A stretch of DNA of 64,000 nucleotides, taken from positions 110,550 through 174,549 of the forward strand of contig CAWBBH010000001.1 of assembly GCA_963786995.1 (NCBI GenBank), written 5' to 3'. The position numbers were made by a program, and so were the translations under genes. Below, piece by piece: positions 55,475 to 64,000 of the stretch. Position 1 is the first letter of the stretch. Each line of letters starts with the position of its first letter. The stretch comes from an uncultured Actinomycetota bacterium. Its GTDB lineage: Bacteria > Actinomycetota > Actinomycetes > Mycobacteriales > Mycobacteriaceae. Below the pieces are notes generated by a model. The model saw nothing but the letters and a program-made list of their open reading frames with translations, made no database searches and was not told the origin of the DNA.

Positions 55475-55813
55475 CGGGACCCATGCACATCAGTGATACG
55501 GCGGCGCCTGCGCGGGCCACTTCGGATCGACCGCATCGAGCGAGCGTAACCGAAAAGATGTTAAGGCAAACAGAAATGCGACATGGTGACTCGGATCGAG
55601 ACCCTGGCTGGGCCAGTCGGGACGGCTCCCGCAGGTCGGCGCAACAGACTGAAAATATCCTGACCGGCCTGTGCCGTCTTCGCGATAATTCTACCGGCGG
55701 CAGGCTTTCAAGGTCAGAATTCGGTTTACTGAATAGGCCGATATCGCGGCGAAATAGAGGCAATACTCCGTACAACGGCTGAACGGCTACGTTCGGGCCA
55801 TTGAGGGGGAAAC

Positions 55814-56305
55814 ATGAATATCGCCGGTGTGTTTGGCGCGGCGGCCGTCTTCGCTGCAGTCGCTATCGGGTTTCCGAGCCCCGCTTGGGCTGGCGGTCCG
55901 ACTACCCCTACTTCACCCAGTGTTCCTGCCCCGGCCGCCTCCGTTGGGGAGTTGAGCGGCACCTATACCTTCACTGTGGACTCCGGAAACACAACTACGT
56001 GGACGATCACACCGTGTGGGCCCGGGTGCGCCAATGTCGCAGCGACAAATTCGTCGGCGGGTAACGCGCCCTATAGCGGGCAAGCGCAGTTGGCGGGCGA
56101 TCGCTGGAACATGACGGCTGCGCGGTCCGATGCCCTCACGTGCGACGACAACACCCGAGCCCCGGGAACGACCATATACTCATGGGGCGCAACAACACTC
56201 GCCGGCACAGCGTTCAGCCAAGCGGGCGCCGGCATGTGTGGCAGCACTGACCCGAACGGTTTCCGTGGTCCTACTTCCGAGTTCACCTTGACGAAAGTCG
56301 CCTAA
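55814..56305 (+). CDS. Secreted hypothetical protein (signal peptide, Cys-containing beta-rich domain)
   Basis: It starts with the signal peptide MNIAGVFGAAAVFAAVAIGFPSPAWA, then a Pro/Thr linker and a 130-aa domain with 4 Cys. I recognise no family. Confidence 0.55.
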   Translation: MNIAGVFGAAAVFAAVAIGFPSPAWAGGPTTPTSPSVPAPAASVGELSGTYTFTVDSGNTTTWTITPCGPGCANVAATNSSAGNAPYSGQAQLAGDRWNMTAARSDALTCDDNTRAPGTTIYSWGATTLAGTAFSQAGAGMCGSTDPNGFRGPTSEFTLTKVA

Positions 56306-56603
56306 GCGAATAGTCGGCAGACGTCCCGGCGCCTCGGGAGCCGGTGACGACTCGACGGTGAGTGAGGGATAGCAGCACTTCCCATGCGCGCATTGGCGAT
56401 GAACTCTGCGCTAATCCGATTGGCACTCAGACAAGTTCACGATGTTTTCGTCGCCCCGGCTGGCTTAGCAGGGTGGCCACACCGCCGTGTGGCCCTAAAA
56501 GGAACAGCTACGACATTCCTGATGGGATGGAAATTTGCGTTGCAACTTGCGGTATGCGCGTGGTCCGTATCGTTCAGGTCTCACGATCAGTGCGGAAGGA
56601 GTC

Positions 56604-58258
56604 ATGATGCGCTTCGCGCGTATCGTTTCGAGCCGCATCGGGCGCCCGCTGCTGGCCGTTCTCCTGGCGACTGCGGCCGTTCTCTCCACCAGCCCCATGG
56701 CTGAGGCAGTGCCCGGCACGCTCGCGCTGGGTGAGCTGTCCCTAGACGCAATCACGATCCCGGAGCTGCAAGACCGCATGCAGTCCGGCGCGCTGACCGC
56801 CGTCGATCTGACGCAGGCCTACCTAGACCGCATTGCCGAGGTAAACGATGAGATCCGAGCGGTGTTGACCGTCAACGCGCACGCGCTCGACGAGGCCGCG
56901 CACAGCGACGGCATCCGCGCGCAGCAGGGCCGGCGGAGTGAGATGGAGGGCATCCCGGTCCTGCTGAAGGACAATGTGGATGCCGAAGGGATGCCGACGA
57001 CGGCCGGTTCCCGCGCGCTTCTGCACAGCGAGCCGGACGACGCCACGATCACCCGCAAACTGCGCGACGCCGGCGCAATCGTGATCGGCAAGGCCAACCT
57101 CTCCGAGTGGGCCAACTTCCGCGCGAAGAACTCGACCAGCGGCTGGAGCGGGGCCGGCGGGCAGACGGCCAACCCCTACGTCCTCGACCGCAGCGCGTGC
57201 TCCTCCTCCAGCGGATCTGCGGCGGGTGTGGCGGCGTCGCTGGCCCAGGTAGCGATCGGCACGGAGACGAGCGGCTCGATCGTTTGCCCGTCGGGCACCA
57301 CCGGCGTCGTCGGGCTGAAGCCGACCCTCGGCACGGTCAGCCGTGAGGGGATCGTGCCGATCTCCGCCGAGCAGGACACGGCAGGCCCGATCGCCCGCCA
57401 CGCCGTTGACGCCGCGATTCTGTTGTCGGCCATCGCCGGTCGGGACCCGGCCGACGCCGCCACCGCGGAGAGCCCGGCCGACTTTGACCTAGAACTTCGC
57501 GGCGCTCGATCCAGACAAGCTCAAGGGCGCCCGGATCGGTGTGTTGACACTGAGCCCCGACGAGTCGCAGGCCGTTGACGACGGGACCGAGGCGGTCTTC
57601 GCCATGGCGGTTGAGGAGCTGGTGGCCGCCGGCGCCAAGACGGTACCGGTGCAATTGGCCCACCAGCAGGAGATCCGCGCCGGTGAGACCCCGGCCCTGC
57701 TGGCGGAATTCCACCGCGACATCGAAGCCTATCTAGCCGCCACCCCCGGCAACCACCCCGCAGACCTCGCAGGGCTCATCGCGTTCGACCGCCAGGACCC
57801 GGAGGAGCTGGCCTACTTCGGCCAGGAGCTGTTCGAACAGGCCGAGGTGTCCCCGGTGCCGGCCGACAACCCGGCGGTCCGCGAGCAGCGGAACACGATC
57901 CGCAGTCTGGCCCGCGCCTCCATCGACGACGCGCTAGCCCAAGGGCCAGTACCCCAGAACCGTCTAGACGCCATCGTGGCGCTCACCAACACACCCGGGC
58001 TGGGTGACCAAGTACTTCAACCGCGACGGTGTCGCTGACGAATTCCTCTACGGCAGTGCGGGACCGGCAGCGGTGGCCGGGTACCCGAACGTCACCGTGC
58101 CCGCCGGGTTCGCCGGACCCCAGGGGGCGCTCCCCATCGGCATCAGCTTCATCGGCGCCCGGTGGCACGACGCCGACGTGCTCGACCTCGCCTACGCCTT
58201 CGAGACCGCGACGAAGGCCCGCCGTGCGCCGGGATACCTGCCGACCGTGGGGGGCTGA
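56604..58258 (+). pseudogene. Secreted amidase (amidase signature family), two apparent frameshifts near 57490 and 58000
   Basis: The ATG at 56604 follows GGAAGGAG. It has a signal peptide. The AS motifs are GIPVLLKDN, GGSSSGSAAGVAASLAQVAIGTETSGSI and PAGFAG...LPIGISFIGARWHDADVL. The three segments lie in three frames. Confidence 0.8.
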
Positions 58259-58370
58259 CAGCTCAGCGAGGCCGCCGAAGTAGCGTCCCTGCCCCGGCAG
58301 GCCACCGCGGAGGATCCACGGTGTGCCGACCCGTTGCGCTGCACCCCCGCTACGCGGTAAGTGTGGCCAT

Positions 58371-58847
58371 GTGTCCCAGCCTCGCCCGCTCTCTGTCGAC
58401 AACTTCTCTCACGTGTGCATCGGAGTATCCGATATGGATGCTTCGGTGTCCTTCTACACCGATGTACTCGGCATGGACGTTGTGTTCGACGTCGACCTCG
58501 ACGGCGCCGGTCTGGACACCGTCACGGGCGGCGCCGCACAGAGCGGCCGGATGGTCGGGGGGCTCGTCGGTGAGGCCATGATTGAGTTGCTCAGCCTCGG
58601 TGCTGTGGCACCCAACGTCGATGGACCTCATCTGGGCTACACGAATATCTCGTTTCGCGTCGCGGACTTGGACGACACGCATGACGCGCTGACACAACAC
58701 CATTCCGACGTGCGCTTCACGCCACCGGTTGACATCGCCGGCGTACGGATGCTGTTCATCTACGACCCCGACGGCACGCCTATCGAGCTGATCGAACTGC
58801 CCGGAGGGGCAAAATCTACGGTGCAGCTGTGGCGGCCGATGCCTTAG
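58371..58847 (+). CDS. VOC (glyoxalase/bleomycin resistance/dioxygenase) family protein
   Basis: FSHVCIGVSDMDASVSFYTDVLGMDVVFD...GYTNISFRVADLDDTHDAL...MLFIYDPDGTPIELIE. The GTG start at 58371 is tentative (the track ORF begins at 58323). Confidence 0.7.
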   Translation: MSQPRPLSVDNFSHVCIGVSDMDASVSFYTDVLGMDVVFDVDLDGAGLDTVTGGAAQSGRMVGGLVGEAMIELLSLGAVAPNVDGPHLGYTNISFRVADLDDTHDALTQHHSDVRFTPPVDIAGVRMLFIYDPDGTPIELIELPGGAKSTVQLWRPMP

Positions 58848-58859
58848 CCGGGAGGTGGG

Positions 58860-59549
58860 TCACGAATTGGCTGCGACCACCGTCGGATTTCCGACGCCGA
58901 TGGTCATTCGTGGGGACGCCGAAGGGTCGAGCCAATTCAGCACCGAACGCATCTCGTCGCGGCCGATGGCCACACATCCCCAGGTGGGAGTGCCATCGGT
59001 CACGTGAAGGAAGATTCCCGACACCCGTCCCGGGATGCGTTGCGGGTTCACCGCGATGTTCACGGCGTAGTCGTAGACGGGACCGGAGTCATAGAGATTT
59101 TCCGCGATCGATGAGGGTCTGCCGGTCCTGCGCACGTGAGTGTTGTACGTAGGTGAGCCGGCGTCCTCGTCCCACCAATCTTGGTCAGTGGCTTGAAAAT
59201 AGGGCATTTTGGTGCCCGGATTGGGCTGGCGCCCGAAGGCTTGGTCGAATGTGAACGTTCCGACGGGAGTCCGGTGGACGCCGTCAGCGGGTGCGCCGAC
59301 GCCGAGCTCGCCTACCTTGGCGGCCGTGGGGCCCAGCACCACTTTCCACTGCTGACCGACGCGCTGAAAGGCAGTGAGGGTTCCTGTTGTCGCGTTTGCG
59401 GCGGGCACGCCCACCACGATCCACTGAGCGGGCTGCGCCGCCCCGGACGGTACCGGGTCCGCCGCAGCGGGGACAGCGACTAACAGGCTTATGAGCGCCC
59501 ACCCGAGTTGTCCCGCTACCAGCGTCGCCAGTTTGGACGCACGGGCCAT
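58860..59549 (-). CDS. L,D-transpeptidase-fold (YkuD-like) family protein, secreted
   Basis: It has a signal/TM stretch LATLVAGQLGWALISLLVAVPAAA and a catalytic-like motif GIFLHVTDGTPTWGCVAI (His...Gly-Cys). The ATG at 59549 lies 2 nt after the upstream ANTAR gene stop. The alternative start is 59594. Confidence 0.5.
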   Translation of the reverse strand: MARASKLATLVAGQLGWALISLLVAVPAAADPVPSGAAQPAQWIVVGVPAANATTGTLTAFQRVGQQWKVVLGPTAAKVGELGVGAPADGVHRTPVGTFTFDQAFGRQPNPGTKMPYFQATDQDWWDEDAGSPTYNTHVRRTGRPSSIAENLYDSGPVYDYAVNIAVNPQRIPGRVSGIFLHVTDGTPTWGCVAIGRDEMRSVLNWLDPSASPRMTIGVGNPTVVAANS

Positions 59550-59551
59550 CC

Positions 59552-59845
59552 TCAACAGGGCAACACCACGGGCTCGGCGAGCAACCGGCCCCACTCATGA
59601 CGCGCGGCAGACTCCTCGGCGTTCAGAGTCTCCTGTGATCTGTCGCCACCGCAGGTCAGATGAACGAGCCCCCACGCCATGGCACTCACCGGCACCCGAT
59701 GGCGTTGGGCGGCGAAGAGCAGTTCCTGGAACGCTGCTTCCGAACGACACCGCCGAAGCCCGATCAAAATTCCGAGCGCCGTGTCGAGCATGCGGCCGCC
59801 CTGCGGATCAGGAGAAATTGTGGACGGAATCCACCCTGTCGTCAT
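59552..59845 (-). CDS. Small ANTAR domain-containing protein
   Basis: LDTALGILIGLRRCRSEAAFQELLFAAQRHRVPVSAMAWGLV resembles the ANTAR helical core. 97 aa. Confidence 0.55.
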   Translation of the reverse strand: MTTGWIPSTISPDPQGGRMLDTALGILIGLRRCRSEAAFQELLFAAQRHRVPVSAMAWGLVHLTCGGDRSQETLNAEESAARHEWGRLLAEPVVLPC

Positions 59846-60063
59846 CTGTTTCGATTCCTATGCTCTGGCGGCCACACCGACGCTTGGATTCGACTGCTTG
59901 ACTACCGTCACGCGCTGCCGGTGTAGAGCACGGCCGCGCCGGCGCGTGCTCAGCTCATTGTGTGCCAGCCAACCGCTGAGACCAGGATTTACAACGCATC
60001 GGTATGCAGGCGTGATCGCCTCGCAACAGCACCGTGGCCATGACGACGTCGACGCATATGCGC

Positions 60064-61743
60064 TCAGATGATCGGAGAATCCCCTGGCCGCAGCAGTCGC
60101 AGCCATCGGTAACCGAACGGTTCCACGTCGAGTTCGACACCGCCGTGCGCGTCGAGTTCATGCTCGGCGAGACCGTCGAGCAGATCGACCAGCGTGCACC
60201 CGGGCGGTGCGTCTTCGAGACGGATCGGCACCACGCGACGATCCGCACCGAAGTTGTGTATCGCCACCATCGCCCAACCTGACTTCTCGCGACAGACGTG
60301 TGCGAGTACGGACGTGTGCGGTTGTTTGAGGACCTCGGGCGTCGACCAGCCGATCTCCGGCTGCTGACGGTAGGTGTAAATGAGGTTGCGCATGAACCAC
60401 CAGAACGAGCGATGGTCGTGACGCTGGTCGGCTACGTTGACGCGGTCCGGACCATACAGTCCGTCCGGAAGCGGTCGTGGCAGACGGCGCTTCGCCGCAG
60501 TGGAGAAGCCCCCGTTGACTTCGTTGGTCCATTGCATCGGTGTGCGCACCGCGAGTCGGCCTTCCACATCGAGGTTTTCGGCCATACCGATCTCCTCGCC
60601 ATAGAAGAGCACCGGCGTGCCCGGCAGCGAGAACGCCAGCGAGTACGCCATTCGCATCCGCCGCTCGTCCCCGCCGAGCATCGCAGGCAGCCGTCGTCGC
60701 AGACCGCGCCCGTACAGCTGCATGTCCGGGTCGGGACCGAACGCGTCGAAGACTTCCTGCCGCTCACTGTCACTGAGCTTGTCCAGGGTGAGTTCGTCGT
60801 GGTTGCGCACGAAGTTGGCCCACTGGCTCGTCGTATCGAGCGCCGGACGCTGCCGCAACGCCTTGGCGATCGGTCGGGCATCGCCGCGGGCGAGCGACAG
60901 GTACATGTTCTGCATTCCGATGAAGTCGAACTGCATGTTGAGCCCGTCGCCATCCGGACCGCCGAAGAACGACTTCTGCTCCTTGTAGGGGACGTTCACT
61001 TCGCCGAGTAGGACGGCATCTCCGACGCGTCGCGTGACGAAGTTACGGACATCGCCGAGATATTCGTTCGGGTCGAACACGCCGGGATCGCCTGGCGCGC
61101 CGTCCCTGGCGAAGAGGAACGGAACGGCGTCGACGCGGAAACCAGAGACCCCGAGCTCCAGCCAGAAGCCGAGCGTGCGCGCAATCTCCTCCTGCACAAT
61201 GGGATTCGCGATGTTGAGATCGGGTTGATGCTTGTAGAAGTGATGCAGATACCACTCGTTGGTCTTCGGGTCGCGCTCCCACAGGCTGTCCTCCTGATCG
61301 GGGAACACGACGTCCTTCGCGCTCGACGTGGGCTTGGTCGCACTCCAGACGTAGTAGTCGCGATACGGGTCGTCCTTGCTGCGGCGCGCGGACCTGAACC
61401 AGGGGTGGGCATCCGATGTGTGGTTCATGACGAAGTCGACGATCACCCGGATACCGTTCGATCGGGCCGTGCGCACGAGTTCCACGAAGTCCCCGAGATT
61501 CCCGAGACGAGAATCGACCCCGAAGAAGTCGGTGATGTCGTAACCGTCGTCCTTGCGCGCGGTCGGATAGAACGGCATCAACCACAGGCAGGTCACCCCG
61601 AGGTCGTAGAGGTATTGGATTCGCTCGGTCATGCCGCGGATATCGCCGCAGCCATCACCGTCCCAGTCGAAGAACGTTTCGATGTCGGCGCAGTAGAAGA
61701 CGGCGTTCTTCCACCAGAGATCGCCCGTTTCGATCTTCCTCAT
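60064..61743 (-). CDS. GH13 alpha-amylase family protein, trehalose synthase (TreS)-like
   Basis: The start MRKIETGDLWWKNAVFY sits in an ATGA overlap with the upstream gene. The GH13 regions are GVTCLWLMPFY, IRVIVDFVMNHTS, GFRVDAVPFL, LGEVN and FVRNHDELTL. The track ORF (to 62031) reads through from the upstream LLM gene. Confidence 0.8.
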   Translation of the reverse strand: MRKIETGDLWWKNAVFYCADIETFFDWDGDGCGDIRGMTERIQYLYDLGVTCLWLMPFYPTARKDDGYDITDFFGVDSRLGNLGDFVELVRTARSNGIRVIVDFVMNHTSDAHPWFRSARRSKDDPYRDYYVWSATKPTSSAKDVVFPDQEDSLWERDPKTNEWYLHHFYKHQPDLNIANPIVQEEIARTLGFWLELGVSGFRVDAVPFLFARDGAPGDPGVFDPNEYLGDVRNFVTRRVGDAVLLGEVNVPYKEQKSFFGGPDGDGLNMQFDFIGMQNMYLSLARGDARPIAKALRQRPALDTTSQWANFVRNHDELTLDKLSDSERQEVFDAFGPDPDMQLYGRGLRRRLPAMLGGDERRMRMAYSLAFSLPGTPVLFYGEEIGMAENLDVEGRLAVRTPMQWTNEVNGGFSTAAKRRLPRPLPDGLYGPDRVNVADQRHDHRSFWWFMRNLIYTYRQQPEIGWSTPEVLKQPHTSVLAHVCREKSGWAMVAIHNFGADRRVVPIRLEDAPPGCTLVDLLDGLAEHELDAHGGVELDVEPFGYRWLRLLRPGDSPII

Positions 61744-62730
61744 GCGAGCGCCTGCCGCCGGCCGCGGAGCCGTCGGCGACAGTTGAGGCAGCACGCGCTC
61801 GCCGAAAGCGTCGATGAACTCGGCTTGCCGCTGGCCGACGAAGTGCAGGTACAACTCGTCCCAGCCCTGCTCGACGTACTCGTGAAGCCACTCGGCGTGC
61901 TGTCCGAGATCGCTGGAAACCAGCACGGACTGCTGCACCTTTTCGGGCTGACCGCCTCGCCGATGACGTCGAACGCCTCGACCGTCTCGATGTCCCAGGA
62001 GACCGGTGGAGAGAAGACGTTGTTGCGCCACTGGTCGTGGGCGATGGCCAGCGCCTCCTCATCGGTCGGCGCCCAGCTGAGATGAATCTGAAGGCGGGCA
62101 GGCCCTCGTCCGCCGGCTTCTCGATAGGCGCCCATCACTTTGTGCAAAGCGTCCTTCGGCTGATTGACGGTAATCAAACCGTCCGCCCACGCGGCGTGGC
62201 GCGCCGCGGTCTCGGGCGTCACCGCAGGCCCGACAAGGTCCGGCACGTCGTCTCGGGCAGCGTCCACAGACGCGCCCGATTCACATGGACGAGACCCTCA
62301 TGCGTGACCTCTTCGCCTTCAGCAGCCGTCGAATGACCTCCACGCATTCGAGGAGGCGCCGATCGCGCACGTCCTTTCGCGGCCACACTTCGCCGGTCAC
62401 CCGCTCATTGGACGCCTCGCCCGAGCCGAGGGCCGCCCAGAAGCGGCCGGGAAACATCTGCGCGAGCGTGGCGATCGCCTGGGCGATGATGGCGGGGTGA
62501 TAGCGCTGTCCTGGCGCGTTCACCACGCCGAACGGCAAGCCGGTCGTCGCCAGCGCGGCACCGAGGAAAGACCACGCGAAGCCCGACTCCGCCTGTCGTG
62601 CGCTCCACGGACTGAAGTGGTCGGACGACATGCCGGCGGTGAAGCCGGCTTGTTCAGCCTGCTGAACATCGCGCAGCAGCTGGGCTGGATCGATCTGCTC
62701 GTGCGAACAATGAAATCCGATGACAGTCAT
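61740..62730 (-). pseudogene. LLM-class oxidoreductase of the F420-dependent G6PDH-like family, about 3 apparent frameshifts
   Basis: The segments are MTVIGFHCSHEQIDPAQLLRDVQQAEQAGFTAGMSSDHFSPW...FWAALGSGEASNE; then PDLVGPAVTPETAARHAAWADGLITV...LQIHLSWAPTDEEALAIAHDQWR; then VLVSSDLGQHAEWLHEYVEQGWDELYLHFVG in other frames. The exact 3' end is uncertain. Confidence 0.65.
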
Positions 62731-62849
62731 GACGCCACGTAGTACCCGTTCTGTCACCCGCTTACGTCGACGTCAGTCCATTGGCCAGCCGATGAGTTCA
62801 CGCCGTCTGCTCAGTCTCCATAGGTAGGAACGTGAGAGGAGTCAGTTCG

Positions 62850-63383
62850 ATGGGCAGGCTGATCGTGTCAGCGCACATGACGACGGACATGGTGATCGAC
62901 CCCATGGAGGAGTGGTTTCGGCCAGACCTGGCTGCGGCCGATGGCCTCGCGCAACTGAGTGCGGCCGATGCCATCATCCTCGGTCGAGAAACCTACGAAA
63001 AGCTCGCCGAGTTCTGGCCGAAATCGGATGGCGAATGGGCGGAATTGATCAACCCGATGCCCAAACACGTCGCCTCGCGCACCCTGAAGGAGCCGCTGAC
63101 ATGGAACGCGCAATTGCTCGGCGCCGACCTCGCCGGCGACGTCGCGGCGCTGAAGGAGCGCTATTCCGGTGACCTGATCCTGTACGGCATCGGACAACTG
63201 GCCAACTACCTCGCGCATCAGAACCTCGTCGACGAGGTGAGGTTCTGGATACATCCCTACATCTTCGGCGACGGCGTGCGGCCGTTCCATGCCGGCGAAC
63301 TGCCGCTTCCACTGCGCCTGATCTCGGCGACGACATACACCTCCGGCATGGCGAGGCTGGCATACCAGCCGGCCGCCGTTTAG
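62850..63383 (+). CDS. Dihydrofolate reductase family protein (RibD C-terminal domain-like)
   Basis: The ATG at 62850 follows GAGAGGAG. MGRLIVSAHMTTD...AIILGRETYEKLAEFWP...NPMPKHVASRTL...DLILYGIGQLANYLAHQNLVDEVRFWIHPYIFGDG. Confidence 0.7.
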   Translation: MGRLIVSAHMTTDMVIDPMEEWFRPDLAAADGLAQLSAADAIILGRETYEKLAEFWPKSDGEWAELINPMPKHVASRTLKEPLTWNAQLLGADLAGDVAALKERYSGDLILYGIGQLANYLAHQNLVDEVRFWIHPYIFGDGVRPFHAGELPLPLRLISATTYTSGMARLAYQPAAV

Positions 63384-63479
63384 CAGCGGCCCACTTCATC
63401 TGCTGGCCGAAACGCTGGGCGGAATGGTGAAACGTGATGGCCACGTGACAACCTGCGATGAATGCGGGACGCTAACTCG

Positions 63480-64000
63480 ATGAGGACAGTCGGATCCGGA
63501 CTCTTCTTGCCTCCTTTCGAAGCGCTCGCCGATCCGCTGACGGTGGCGCGCTTGGCCGCCGAAGCCGAAGAAGCGGGTTGGACGGGTGTGTTCGTCTGGG
63601 ACCATCTGCGGTGGTGCGAACCGATTTCGGCGATAGCCGATCCGTGGATCACGTTGGCAGCCGTGGCAACTGCTACATCACGCATTCGGCTCGGCCCGAT
63701 GGTGACGCCACTTCCGCGTCGCCGCCCGGCCAAGGTCGCAAAGGAAACCGTGTCGCTGGACCGTCTCAGTGCGGGCCGCCTGACGTTCGGTGTGGGACTT
63801 GGCAGCGACGCATACGGCGACGAGTACACCAAGACCGGTGAAGAGGTCGACGACCGTAAGCGCGCGGCCATGCTCGACGAATCACTGGAGGTGATCACCC
63901 GCGCGTGGACGGGCGAAGAGGTCGTCCACCGAGGCGAGCACTACACCGTCGACGGTGTGCGCTTCCTACCCAGACCGGTCCAGCAACCGCGGATTCCGAT
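63480..64000 (+). CDS. LLM-class F420/flavin-dependent oxidoreductase, N-terminal part (3' end outside the window)
   Basis: This ORF is not in the supplied track because it has no stop codon in the window. Hand translation from the ATG at 63480 gives MRTVGSGLFLPPFEALADPLTVARLAAEAEEAGWTGVFVWDHL...IRLGPMVTPLPRRRPAKVAKETVSLDRLSAGRLTFGVGLGS. Confidence 0.65.
   Translation, partial: MRTVGSGLFLPPFEALADPLTVARLAAEAEEAGWTGVFVWDHLRWCEPISAIADPWITLAAVATATSRIRLGPMVTPLPRRRPAKVAKETVSLDRLSAGRLTFGVGLGSDAYGDEYTKTGEEVDDRKRAAMLDESLEVITRAWTGEEVVHRGEHYTVDGVRFLPRPVQQPRIP

Noticed and set aside
60064-62031. Apparent 655-aa fusion protein (LLM C-terminus + GH13 domain).
   Set aside because: An internal ATG at 61741-61743 starts a complete GH13 protein and overlaps a TGA of the neighbouring frame. 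The upstream portion matches only the last roughly 50 residues of an LLM oxidoreductase whose remainder lies in other frames. This is a read-through artefact of frameshifts.

Overview
This is a high-GC actinobacterial chromosome segment. It looks Mycobacterium/Mycolicibacterium-like because of a mycothiol-type formaldehyde dehydrogenase, several LLM/F420-type oxidoreductases, a PASTA-containing class A PBP and a DUF4189-like secreted protein. I saw no rRNA, tRNA, CRISPR array or transposase.

The window has three parts.

(1) 1-22.1 kb is a near-complete glycine betaine to pyruvate catabolic island. It holds a three-component Rieske monooxygenase, a BCCT transporter, dimethylglycine oxidase, glyA-soxBDAG, a mycothiol-dependent formaldehyde dehydrogenase, a StcD-like flavoprotein demethylase and sdaA. 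It also holds one IclR and three paralogous GntR/FCD regulators. A palindromic TGATATATCA-type box recurs at six promoter regions.

(2) 22-45 kb is a mixed housekeeping and accessory stretch. It contains a glycerate kinase, a Ser/Thr kinase, STAS, a LuxR response regulator, a molybdopterin oxidoreductase, a PAS-ANTAR protein, a secreted hydrolase, an acyl-CoA dehydrogenase and a class A PBP. It ends with an MFS / MmgE-PrpD / ATP-grasp cluster carrying a duplicated bipartite upstream motif, followed by a VIT1 transporter.

(3) 45.2-55.5 kb holds the most unusual content. Two tandem paralogous genes of about 1400 codons each encode TIR + nSTAND-like P-loop NTPase + hydrophobic helix + 14 WD40 repeats. 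They are tail-to-tail with a 2TM / RCK (TrkA-N) / double-RyR-domain membrane protein. I read this as a candidate TIR-based conflict (anti-phage) locus, possibly with an NAD-derived signal and a membrane effector.

The remaining 55.8-64 kb encodes a secreted protein, an amidase, a VOC protein, a YkuD-like protein, an ANTAR protein, a TreS-like GH13 enzyme, LLM oxidoreductases and a DHFR-family protein.

One caveat applies to the whole window. From about 12 kb onward, dozens of otherwise well-conserved genes are broken by single-nucleotide frameshifts, mostly +1, and I saw no in-frame stop codons. This looks more like indel error in the assembly than real gene decay, but the sequence alone cannot settle it.
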